From a bacterium (GTDB lineage: Bacteria; Bacillota; Clostridia; Oscillospirales; CAG-272): a stretch of DNA of 64,000 nt. Position numbers and translations under genes: made by a program. This document shows positions 39,385 to 48,353 of this stretch, in pieces. Below the pieces are notes generated by a model, which searched no databases, was not told where the DNA came from, and worked only from the letters and a program-made list of their open reading frames with translations. The stretch covers positions 3,248 to 67,247 of the forward strand of contig CAVIKO010000004.1 of NCBI GenBank assembly GCA_963643035.1. Direction: 5' to 3'. Every line of letters begins with the position of its first letter. Position 1 is the stretch's first letter.

Positions 39385-40215
39385 ATGGAAACACACGAAA
39401 TTTATGAAAAACACCTTTGTATGACGGATCTGTGCGTGGAACGGTGCGAAACAACGGATTGCCGCCGGGTCGAGGTTCCTTCCGCACGGCAGGACACGCG
39501 TTTTCTCTATCTGTACGCGGGCGAAGCGACGGTGCAGTCGGCGCAGTGCCGGCTTCATGTCGGCACGGGGGACATGCTGTATCTGCCGGAGAGCAGTGGA
39601 GAGCATCTATTCTGGAGCGGTACGGACGGCATATCCTATATCGCGCTGCGGATCGTTTCCAAGCGGATCGATATGGCGAACAACGACCGCTATACGGTAC
39701 AGCGTGTGGGAGAACTATCCACACCGTCTACCGGGGAGATCTTTTACCGGATCTATACACTGTTCTGCGATTGCGATAAATCCCCGGAACAGGCACGGAT
39801 CGACCGGGTGCGCGCCATCGGACTGTACTACGCCTTTTATGCTGACGTGCTGCCGCATCTCATCACCGCTCCGTCTGTGCGGTACAACGCGATTCTGCGG
39901 GATGCCGTGGACTACATTGACAGTCATCTTTCGTCGGATTTTGATATGGATACGCTTGCACAGGCAGCATGTGTCAGTTCATCCCACCTCTATCATCTCT
40001 TCCGCGACGGATTGGGGATGACGCCGGTGCAGTATCGGAATGAACAGCGGATTGCGTGTGCGGCGCGGGATCTGCGGGCGACGGAGGAGAGCATTGAACA
40101 AATCGCTGTCAAGAATGGATTTCATTCCGCAATCTACTTCCATCGGATTTTCCATGCGGCGACCGGTATGACGCCGGGGGAATATCGGGCGGCAACACGG
40201 CACGAAAGCGAATAA
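39385..40215 (+). CDS. AraC family transcriptional regulator
   Basis: Cupin-like N-terminal domain and a C-terminal double HTH (SSSHLYHLFRD...GFHSAIYFHRIF). Confidence 0.88.
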   Translation: METHEIYEKHLCMTDLCVERCETTDCRRVEVPSARQDTRFLYLYAGEATVQSAQCRLHVGTGDMLYLPESSGEHLFWSGTDGISYIALRIVSKRIDMANNDRYTVQRVGELSTPSTGEIFYRIYTLFCDCDKSPEQARIDRVRAIGLYYAFYADVLPHLITAPSVRYNAILRDAVDYIDSHLSSDFDMDTLAQAACVSSSHLYHLFRDGLGMTPVQYRNEQRIACAARDLRATEESIEQIAVKNGFHSAIYFHRIFHAATGMTPGEYRAATRHESE

Positions 40216-40308
40216 AACGTATAAATAGCTACAAGTGTCAAAATTGAAGATATGCAAAATGCACAAAAAGCGAGCGCGAAATTTGGTGTGCGAAATGTGT
40301 CGAAATTG

Positions 40309-40337
40309 TTGACAAACCGTATCGACTTCGTTATAAT
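40309..40337 (+). promoter_or_regulatory. consensus sigma-A promoter
   Basis: TTGACA (40309-40314), a 17-nt spacer, then TATAAT (40332-40337). Confidence 0.7.
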
Positions 40338-40399
40338 AAGGGTAGCGATGGATACATCGACTATTGTATACGGATTATCCGAGAAAAGAGGAAATCAAT

Positions 40400-41221
40400 A
40401 TGAAAAAGTTACTGGCACTGGGCATGACAGCGTTGCTTGTTGCGGGAATGGCTGTATCCGTATCCGCTGTCAATTCGTTCACGGCATCCGCCGGCACATG
40501 CGTCGTAGATGGTGAAAAGGATCTTGCATATGTTTCCGCGCCGATCGTTTCCAATTATGAAATTGCTGACGGTGCTGCACTTGGTACGACTTGGGCTGCA
40601 TGGGACGATGACTATCTGTATCTGTATACCGAGGTCCAGGATGGAGCCGTTACGCCGGCAGCGGACGTTACCAGCATCTGGTCGAATGACTGTGTAGAAT
40701 ATTATATCAATCTCTCCGGCGAATACGGTGCTATCACGGACATCAATGCCGCACAGTACACTATGGGTCCGAACTTCACAGCATGGGCAGGCGGCGGTAT
40801 GCACAGAGACAACAACATGGACAATGCACCGTTTGCATTTACCTTGACCGATTATGGTTACACCGTTGAAGTAGCAATTCCGTGGGGTTCTGACTACACC
40901 GCTGAGGAAGGCGCTGCAATCGATTTCTGCGTAGGTATCAACGACGATAGCGACGGAGATGGTTCCACTCGTGAATTCCAGACCTTCACCGGTGCAGATC
41001 AGGGCAACGAATGGTCCGCGGCCGATGAGGCTATGGATAAGCTGACACTGTCCGCTGAAAAGTACGTTGAACCGGAACCGGAAACGGAAGCTGCAGTGGA
41101 AGTAGTGGATGCTGCTGCTGAGACTGTGGTTGTTGCACCGAAGACCTTTGACGCAGGCGTGATTGCAGCCGTTGCCGCTGTTGTTTCCGCTATGGGTTAT
41201 ACCTTCTCGAAAAAGAGATAA
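40400..41221 (+). CDS. secreted, membrane/wall-anchored protein with a CBM9-like carbohydrate-binding domain
   Basis: Signal peptide MKKLLALGMTALLVAGMAVSVSA. WDDDYLYLYTEV and DCVEYYIN resemble CBM9. The C-terminus is APKTFDAG, then a hydrophobic helix, then SKKR. Confidence 0.7.
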   Translation: MKKLLALGMTALLVAGMAVSVSAVNSFTASAGTCVVDGEKDLAYVSAPIVSNYEIADGAALGTTWAAWDDDYLYLYTEVQDGAVTPAADVTSIWSNDCVEYYINLSGEYGAITDINAAQYTMGPNFTAWAGGGMHRDNNMDNAPFAFTLTDYGYTVEVAIPWGSDYTAEEGAAIDFCVGINDDSDGDGSTREFQTFTGADQGNEWSAADEAMDKLTLSAEKYVEPEPETEAAVEVVDAAAETVVVAPKTFDAGVIAAVAAVVSAMGYTFSKKR

Positions 41222-41250
41222 ATTTACACGCCTTGCTGTGCAGCTGTGCA

Positions 41251-41346
41251 TAGGGAAGCGCTGAATAAATCGAAAAATTGCGCTAAAAAAAGCGGATGAA
41301 TGGGTTTTGCGTACAAAATTAACCTTAAGTCAGCGTTTCCAAAAGG
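41251..41346. repeat. palindromic intergenic repeat element, diverged copy 3
   Basis: It shares CTGAATAAATCG, the A/T-rich core, AACCTTAAGTCAG and the terminal AAGG with copies 1 and 2. The stem anchor is changed in a compensatory way (CGCTGA 41259-41264 with TCAGCG 41330-41335). Confidence 0.6.
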
Positions 41347-41564
41347 TTTATGGCTTACCAAAGAGGGAGCCGTGGTTCTCAAAAGGGACTGCGGCTCCCT
41401 TCCATTTTCGGAATGGGCGATATTCTTTTTTTGCATATCCGTATGTTCGGCAAAAATGAATTTTTCTTCCCATACCCCTTTATTTTTTCAAACATCTGTG
41501 GTATACTATCATTGAATGCCTATGTCTGGTGCAATAGAGAAACGGTATATCGAAAGGAGCGCGT

Positions 41565-42491
41565 ATGAATCTTCTGCACATGAAGTACGCTGTGGAGATC
41601 GCGGAAACGAGTTCCATCAACAAGGCGGCGGAAAAGCTCTATGTGGGGCAGTCCGCGCTCAGCCGTGCCATCAAGGAATTGGAATCCTCGCTCGGTGTGA
41701 TCTTATTTGACCGCAGCACACGTGGTATGACGCTTACACCGGATGGGGAAGTGTTCATTCGCTATGCCCGCACGATCTTAAAACAGGTGGATGCCGTGGA
41801 GGAGTTGTTTTCCCGCGGAGATGTCAGCAAAAAACGGTTCTCTTTGTCCGTACCGCGTGCCAGCTATATAGCGGAGGCATTCGTGCAGTTCTCCCGCAAA
41901 ATCACGGCAGATACGGAGGCGGAGCTGTTCTATCGCGAAACCAACTCCATCCAGACGATCAAAAACGTACAGAAAGAGGATTATCGACTCGGGATCATCC
42001 GCTTTACCGAGGATAACGACCGCTATTATCGTTCTCTGATGGAGGAAAAGGAACTGACAGGTGTACTCATCACAGAGTTCCGCTATGTGCTCCTGATGCG
42101 CGCCGACAGTCCTCTTGCTGCGTTGGAGACGATTACCTCCGATGATCTGCAGCAGTATATGGAAATCACGCACGCCGATCCGTCCGTTCCCTCGCTGCCT
42201 ATTGAGGACGGTAAAAAAGAGGATGCTTCTGAAACGCCCGGGCGGCGGATCTACATTTTTGAACGCGCCAGCCAGTTCTCGCTTTTGTCGGAAAATCCCG
42301 ATACTTTTATGTGGGTGTCTCCGGTGCCCAAATCCCTGCTCGATCGATATGGACTTGTGGAGAGAGAATGTACGGTGGATCGCGGGATATACAAGGACGT
42401 GTTCATCCATCGGAAGGATTACACCCTAACACCGCTCGACAATGCCTTTATCGAGTGCCTGATCCGTGTAAAACGGGAAACGATCCATTGA
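41565..42491 (+). CDS. LysR family transcriptional regulator
   Basis: N-terminal HTH MNLLHMKYAVEIAETSSINKAAEKLYVGQSALSRAIKELE. RBS is AAAGGAG. Confidence 0.9.
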   Translation: MNLLHMKYAVEIAETSSINKAAEKLYVGQSALSRAIKELESSLGVILFDRSTRGMTLTPDGEVFIRYARTILKQVDAVEELFSRGDVSKKRFSLSVPRASYIAEAFVQFSRKITADTEAELFYRETNSIQTIKNVQKEDYRLGIIRFTEDNDRYYRSLMEEKELTGVLITEFRYVLLMRADSPLAALETITSDDLQQYMEITHADPSVPSLPIEDGKKEDASETPGRRIYIFERASQFSLLSENPDTFMWVSPVPKSLLDRYGLVERECTVDRGIYKDVFIHRKDYTLTPLDNAFIECLIRVKRETIH

Positions 42492-42564
42492 AATACGGAT
42501 TCGCATGAGAAATATACAATCATAACGATCGGTGCGATGCGCCGTCCGGAAGGGAGCGGGGGAT

Positions 42565-43293
42565 ATGCGGTTAGACAGAATCATTGCGGTGCGGAACGAC
42601 AAAACGGTGTACCGTGACGGAGACAGATGTCTGAAGGTATTCGGGAATGTGTATTCCGCATCTCAGGTACTGCGGGAAGCGCAGCTTCTTGCCAGCGTAT
42701 CCGAGGTCGGACTCCCGGTTCCACGCCTGCTTGCCGTGACGCTTTGGGATGGCAGATGGACGATTGTCACCGAATACGTACACGGTACCGCCATGCGCCA
42801 ACGGATGATTCCGGAAGAGCGCGGACAGTATCTCGCGTCCTTTGTTCGGATCGGGGAGGATATCCACACTTGCGTCTGTCCCACACTGCCGTCTCTGCGC
42901 GATACGGTGGAACGATCCATTGAAAAGGCTCAGTTGCCGGAAAACCGGAGAACGTATCTGCATCGGCTCCATACCGCGTTGAATACCGACGGAGATAAAA
43001 TCTGCCACGGCGATTTCGATCCGACCAATGTTATTCTGACCGCAGATGGCGGCTATCGGATCCTCGATTGGTCTCACGCTGCGCATGGCAATCCCGCCAT
43101 GGACGCTGCCTGCACATATCTGCTTCTCTGCCACAGCGACGGACGTGCGTTTGCCGACGCCTATCTCACGCGGTACGAGGAGGTTACGGGCGAAAAAAAG
43201 GTACGGTCGTATCTGCCGCTTGCCGCCGTCGTCCGCTATGTACACGCCAATGCGGATACACGTGCGTTTCTTGACCCCTTTTTGAGCGAATAA
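42565..43293 (+). CDS. aminoglycoside phosphotransferase (APH)/choline-kinase-like family protein
   Basis: Catalytic loop ICHGDFDPTNVIL and ILDWSHA. Start is the internal ATG at 42565. Confidence 0.8.
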   Translation: MRLDRIIAVRNDKTVYRDGDRCLKVFGNVYSASQVLREAQLLASVSEVGLPVPRLLAVTLWDGRWTIVTEYVHGTAMRQRMIPEERGQYLASFVRIGEDIHTCVCPTLPSLRDTVERSIEKAQLPENRRTYLHRLHTALNTDGDKICHGDFDPTNVILTADGGYRILDWSHAAHGNPAMDAACTYLLLCHSDGRAFADAYLTRYEEVTGEKKVRSYLPLAAVVRYVHANADTRAFLDPFLSE

Positions 43294-43372
43294 AAGCATA
43301 TTTATATATCGCACACAAACAACCGTATAAAAAGAAAAAACAAGAGGAAAGAAGAAGGAAAGGACAATTTTT

Positions 43373-43612
43373 ATGAAGATCACTGTATGTATCGGCTCGT
43401 CATGTCATATCAAAGGTTCCCGGCAGGTGGTGGAGCAGCTGCAGGAGCTGATTCGCGAAAAAAATCTCGGCGATCGCGTAGAACTTGCGGGGACGTTTTG
43501 TATGGGGCAATGTCAAAAGGGTGTATGCGTGACGGTGGATGATGTATTTTACTCTGTCAGCCCCGATACTGTATCGACATTTTTTGATACTGCTGTTGTT
43601 GCCAAGCTTTGA
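43373..43612 (+). CDS. thioredoxin-like [2Fe-2S] ferredoxin
   Basis: 79 aa with the Cys pattern CIGSSCHIKG...FCMGQC. Confidence 0.8.
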   Translation: MKITVCIGSSCHIKGSRQVVEQLQELIREKNLGDRVELAGTFCMGQCQKGVCVTVDDVFYSVSPDTVSTFFDTAVVAKL

Positions 43613-43706
43613 GTCGGACATAGGCGCCGATACGCGATTCCCGGCGCTGCCGCGCATTTTGCGTCGATTTATTGTACTGTAATAATTTAGGAGGCACATT
43701 CCCCAT

Positions 43707-45134
43707 ATGAGAAAATTTGATACCAAGGTTCAGCACCTGAAATACAAGGTTTTGCGCGAGGTTGCACGATTCGCGTGGAACGGTACGCTTGCGGAAAACG
43801 TCATGGACATTCCGAAGCTGATCGTTCCCGGAAAAACCCCGACTATGCGCTGCTGTGTCTATAAGGAACGTGCGATTCTTGGTGACCGCGTTAAGCTTGC
43901 GATGGGCGGAGACAAAAGCAATCCGAACGTCATTGAGGTCATTGAAACCGCCTGCGACGAATGTCCGATGGGCGGCTACGAGGTGACGAACGCCTGCCGT
44001 GGATGTCTGGCGCATCGTTGTGAGGATGCATGTCGGTTCGGCGCGCTGACCTTTGATCAGAACCATGTGGCACATATCGACAAATCCAAATGTAAGGAAT
44101 GCGGCGCGTGCGCGAAGGTCTGCCCGTATACCGCAATCATCAGCCGGAAACGACCGTGTGAAAACGCGTGCAAGATCAAGGCGATTAAGATGAACGAGGA
44201 CAAGGCGGCGGCGATCGACAACGACAAGTGCATCTCCTGCGGCGCGTGTGTGTACCAGTGTCCGTTCGGCGCGATTTCCGACAAGTCCTACATACTGGAT
44301 GCGATCGATATTCTGAAGAACAGCGACGAAAACCGGAAGTACAAAGTCTACGCCATTGTCGCGCCGTCTATCTCCAGCCAGTTCACCTACGCCAAGCTCG
44401 GACAGGTCATTACCGGGATGCGCGCGCTTGGTTTTCATACCGTCATTGAGGCGGCGCTCGGTGCGGATATGGTCGCCTATGCAGAATCGCAGGAACTTGC
44501 CGAAAAAGGCTTTTTGACCAGCTCCTGCTGTCCGGCGTTCGTTTCCTATATTGAGAAGGCATTCCCGCAGCTTTTGCCGCTCGTATCGCACAATCTGTCC
44601 CCGATGGGTGCGATCGCAAAGTACATCAAGGAACACGAATTCCCCTGCAAGACGATCTTCATCGGTCCCTGTACCGCCAAAAAGATGGAGGTACAGAAGG
44701 ATTCCGTCAAGCCGTGGGTAGATGTCGCCATGACGTTTGAGGAATTGCAGGCATTATTTGACAGCCGCGATCTCGATATCACTACGCTGGAGGAGGGCGT
44801 GCTGGACAACGCGTCCTACTACGGCAGAATATTCGCGCGTTCAGGCGGTCTGTCCGATGCAGTGGCGCAAGGACTAAAGGAACACGGGATCACCGATTTT
44901 GAACTCAAACCGTGCGCTTGCGATGGGATCGAAGAATGCCGGCTCGCGCTGTTGAAAAAGAGTAAGAACCTCCTCGACGCAAACTTCATCGAGGGCATGG
45001 CGTGTGTCGGCGGCTGTATCGGTGGTGCAGGCTGTCTGACGCATGGCGAAAAGAACAAGGCGGAGGTCGATAAGTACGGCAAAAAGGCGTATGAAAAGAC
45101 GATCACCGACGCGATTTCCGTGCTGAAAAAATAA
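43707..45134 (+). CDS. [FeFe]-hydrogenase-like protein (non-group-A H-cluster motifs)
   Basis: Two 4Fe-4S ferredoxin motifs (CKECGACAKVCP, CISCGACVYQCP). H-cluster-like motifs TSSCCPAF, IGPCTAKK and EGMACVGGCIGGAGC. Confidence 0.85.
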   Translation: MRKFDTKVQHLKYKVLREVARFAWNGTLAENVMDIPKLIVPGKTPTMRCCVYKERAILGDRVKLAMGGDKSNPNVIEVIETACDECPMGGYEVTNACRGCLAHRCEDACRFGALTFDQNHVAHIDKSKCKECGACAKVCPYTAIISRKRPCENACKIKAIKMNEDKAAAIDNDKCISCGACVYQCPFGAISDKSYILDAIDILKNSDENRKYKVYAIVAPSISSQFTYAKLGQVITGMRALGFHTVIEAALGADMVAYAESQELAEKGFLTSSCCPAFVSYIEKAFPQLLPLVSHNLSPMGAIAKYIKEHEFPCKTIFIGPCTAKKMEVQKDSVKPWVDVAMTFEELQALFDSRDLDITTLEEGVLDNASYYGRIFARSGGLSDAVAQGLKEHGITDFELKPCACDGIEECRLALLKKSKNLLDANFIEGMACVGGCIGGAGCLTHGEKNKAEVDKYGKKAYEKTITDAISVLKK

Positions 45135-45167
45135 GCTGTGGAGCTGCTGAAGTGTTCAGTGCATCCT

Positions 45168-45222
45168 AAAAAAGAAGGATCCATTCGAAATTCCAAAAAC
45201 GGGAACGAATGGATCCTTTTTT
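45168..45222. terminator. bidirectional intrinsic terminator
   Basis: Perfect 13-bp stem, AAGGATCCATTCG (45175-45187) with CGAATGGATCCTT (45206-45218), flanked by an A-run and a T-run. Confidence 0.85.
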
Positions 45223-45232
45223 GCGGATACGA

Positions 45233-46387
45233 TTACCACATCCGCGTTTGTACAAAACAGAAAAGGAGCAAAATTGCGAGAAACGAGAAGTTTACAAACG
45301 AGAATTTTGCGAGATACGCGCCGGATTTGCCAGGATTATGCCGGGTATACTCCCGAAACGTAATGAGACTGGCGAGGGATGCAATGATGGTTCCTGTGCC
45401 GCCGATATTTACGCCAAGCAGCAGTTCCTGCCAGTTGTCCGTAAAGTGGGAGAGCAAAATCGCTGAGGGGACGTTGCTGATGCACTGACAGGACAAAGCG
45501 GAGACGACAAGCGGGGAGGTCGATAAAAGACCGCCGAGGAACGTCTGCACCGCCGGAATCCGTGCAAGATTGCCGGAGAAGATGAAGAAGCAGACGAAGG
45601 TACAGAGAAGCGGATAATCCACATCCGAAAGGGCGCTGCGGTCGAGAAAGAGAAGGACAGCGGGAATGATGATCAGCCCAAGCCAGTACGGGATTGCACG
45701 GAACACGATGGCGATGGAAAAAGCGAAGAGTGCAAGATAGACGATGGTGCGGCAGCGCGGCAGAACGATCCTCTCCGTACGCACCGTCAGTCGATCTGCA
45801 GGGAATAAGAGACAGCAAACGGTGATCATGGCGACGGAGAGCGCGAACGGAGGGAACATGACGCGAAGAAAATCCGGTGTCGGGATCGCAAAATAGGAAT
45901 AGAGATACAGATTCTGCGGATTCCCGAACGGGGTCAGCATCCCGCCGAGATTTGCCGCGATATTTTGCAAAATAAAAACATATGCCATATGTCGTTCCTC
46001 CCCGGTTTCAGAGAGGACAATATAGCCGAGTGGAAGAAAGGTGAGCAGTGCCATATCGTTCGCGATGAGCATGGAGCCGATAAAGGTGATGTACACAAGC
46101 GCGAGAACCGACCGTCGGAGGTTTTTGGTAACCGAGATGATACCGCACGCGATGCAGGTGAAGAATCGGATATGGCGGAGCGCGCAGACCATCGCCAGTG
46201 TACAGAAGAGACAGGTCAGCGTACGCGTGTCAAAGTAACCGAGATACGTTTTGTCCGGCGGCACAAGAATGGCGGAGAATACGGCGAGAAGCGCGGCAAT
46301 ACACAGTACAGTGTTTTTATGGACAAACATGCGGATTTTTGCGGAAAATCCAAGCGGTGTTGTCGGGATACGCGGGGCAGACTGCAT
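45233..46387 (-). CDS. ArsB/NhaD (citrate-transporter-like) family permease
   Basis: Polytopic membrane protein with the FGNPQNLYLY motif. Start is the internal ATG (MQSAPRIP...); an alternative lies further downstream (MFVHKN). Confidence 0.75.
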   Translation of the reverse strand: MQSAPRIPTTPLGFSAKIRMFVHKNTVLCIAALLAVFSAILVPPDKTYLGYFDTRTLTCLFCTLAMVCALRHIRFFTCIACGIISVTKNLRRSVLALVYITFIGSMLIANDMALLTFLPLGYIVLSETGEERHMAYVFILQNIAANLGGMLTPFGNPQNLYLYSYFAIPTPDFLRVMFPPFALSVAMITVCCLLFPADRLTVRTERIVLPRCRTIVYLALFAFSIAIVFRAIPYWLGLIIIPAVLLFLDRSALSDVDYPLLCTFVCFFIFSGNLARIPAVQTFLGGLLSTSPLVVSALSCQCISNVPSAILLSHFTDNWQELLLGVNIGGTGTIIASLASLITFREYTRHNPGKSGAYLAKFSFVNFSFLAILLLFCFVQTRMW

Positions 46388-46536
46388 GACGGTACCTCGG
46401 AATGGAATGTTGCGCGGAATGAGTATCCGAACGCACGAGGTATAGTATACATCTGAAAAATGGCGGATGCAATAGGGAAAGAGACGATTTTCCTTTGCTG
46501 CGCACAGAATGTTTTGTGGAAAAATATGTTTATTGC

Positions 46537-46565
46537 TTGACTTTTTTGGGAAACTGTGGTACACT
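46537..46565 (+). promoter_or_regulatory. promoter of the second solute-binding protein gene
   Basis: TTGACT (46537-46542), a 17-nt spacer, then TGgTACACT (-10 at 46560-46565). Confidence 0.6.
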
Positions 46566-46601
46566 AACCCTGCAGTTTAAGAATAAAATAAGGAGCTAAT
46601 C

Positions 46602-48092
46602 ATGAAATCCTATCAAAGAATCCTGTCCCTGTTGTTGTGCGGACTCCTACTCATGTCGTCCTGTGGTACCGCGGACACACAAAAAACCGATACAACCGCA
46701 GCCGTGGAGAGCGATGCGGCGGGAAACGAAACGGAGTCGGTTGAAACAGAACTGTCTGACGATCTGCCGGAAAAGGATCTCGGCGGTTGGGATATGGACA
46801 TTGTCTGCCATGAGGACGCGCTGTCCGGTACATGGACATTTACGGCAGATGAATTGAACGGCGAACTGATCAACGATGAGATCTACAACCGTACAGCTCG
46901 TCTGGAAGATCGGTTCAATTTCAACTACAATGTGGTGCCGCCGGAGGGCTCTGATGTCTGGGGCAGAATGGGTACGGTACTCACCAATCTGGTCGCCGCC
47001 GGGGACGACGTATATGATCTTGCGATTTACTACACGTACCAGCTTCAGGCGAAGATGGTAGAGGGCAAGCTCTTCTACAATATGCTGGAGATTCCGTACA
47101 TCAATTTTGATAAGCCGTGGTGGCATACCGAGATCAACGACACGTTCACCCTGTACGGCTATCTCCCGGCGATTTTGTCCGATTATTCCCTCAATTCTTA
47201 TCAATACGCAAACCTCCTTGTGTATAATACGACCATGGCGAACGACCGCGGAATCGACGGACTGTATGACATGGTGCGCGACGGAACATGGACGATGGAC
47301 AATTTCCAGAAGATTGTGGAAAGCGTGACCACCGATACAAACGGCGACGGCAAGTATGATGAGAACGACACCTACGGCTATGCGACCAACTTCGGCTATC
47401 ACGCACTGACCTGGTGCTACGCGATCGGAGAAATGGGCATTCACCTCAAAGAGGATGGCGTGGAGCTGGGTTATCAGAGCGAAAAGTTCTCCACGATGAC
47501 GGAATGGCTCTACAACATGCTCTACGGTTCGAAGCTTACGTTTGAGATTGGCTGGGACAAGGAATGTGACATTAAGTGGGACGAGAACCGCGTGTTCATC
47601 CAGGCGATCTGGTTCAACGATCTGGAAAAGTTCCGCCAGAACGAAAGTGGCTACGGACTTCTGCCCTACCCGAAATTCGACGAACAGCAGGAAATGTACT
47701 ATACCTATGACGATTGCCGCTGCGGTGCATTTGGTGTGCCGATTGTCAGCGCCGCCGAAAACCGCGAAAACACTGGTCTGATTCTCGAAGCACTGTCCGC
47801 TGATTCCTATAAGCACCTGATCCCGGCATATCTTGAGAACATGGTGACATTCAAACTCTCCCGTGATGAGGATTCGTTGGAAATGCTCGACTACATCATG
47901 GCAGGGCGTGTATACGACATCGGCTATAGCTATCCGGATCCGAACAACTATACGTGGGTCATCTACTATAAGCTCAAAGGCTCCGACGGTAAGCTGTCCT
48001 CCACACTTGCCGGATATGAGGAATCCACAAAGAAGTACTACAATGACAAAATTCTTGTCGCATATAAAGAACTCGGCGAGATGGAATGGTAA
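46602..48092 (+). CDS. extracellular solute-binding lipoprotein (paralog of 34514-36064)
   Basis: Lipobox LMSSCG. It shares the DDLP...ELNG..(I/V)ND.IYN motifs with the other SBP. No adjacent permease gene. Confidence 0.85.
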   Translation: MKSYQRILSLLLCGLLLMSSCGTADTQKTDTTAAVESDAAGNETESVETELSDDLPEKDLGGWDMDIVCHEDALSGTWTFTADELNGELINDEIYNRTARLEDRFNFNYNVVPPEGSDVWGRMGTVLTNLVAAGDDVYDLAIYYTYQLQAKMVEGKLFYNMLEIPYINFDKPWWHTEINDTFTLYGYLPAILSDYSLNSYQYANLLVYNTTMANDRGIDGLYDMVRDGTWTMDNFQKIVESVTTDTNGDGKYDENDTYGYATNFGYHALTWCYAIGEMGIHLKEDGVELGYQSEKFSTMTEWLYNMLYGSKLTFEIGWDKECDIKWDENRVFIQAIWFNDLEKFRQNESGYGLLPYPKFDEQQEMYYTYDDCRCGAFGVPIVSAAENRENTGLILEALSADSYKHLIPAYLENMVTFKLSRDEDSLEMLDYIMAGRVYDIGYSYPDPNNYTWVIYYKLKGSDGKLSSTLAGYEESTKKYYNDKILVAYKELGEMEW

Positions 48093-48353
48093 AAATACGC
48101 TTTGGAAATGGGGCTGTACCAGTATGATACGGCTCCTTTTTCATAAGGAAAACCAAAATCAGAATGCGAAATAGCAAAAATTGCCGATACTTCTTCTGCG
48201 AATGGGTTGTACTTCGGCTCTGTTTGCGGTATACTATTATAAAACATATAAGAAAGGAAAAGAAACGCGGATTTCAGACTGTTTTTGTGTCGAAACCAAA
48301 GTACAGATCTTTTCACGCAAAAACGCGATGAATGCAGCGTTTCCGAAAAACAT

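Noticed and set aside
48150-48215. Possible fourth copy of the palindromic repeat (AAAATCAGAATGCGAAATAGCAAAAATTGCC...TTCTGCGAATGGG)
   Set aside because: Only short, scattered resemblance (TCAGA, GCAAAAAT) is present. It lacks the terminal heptamers and the arm symmetry, so it is too degenerate to claim.
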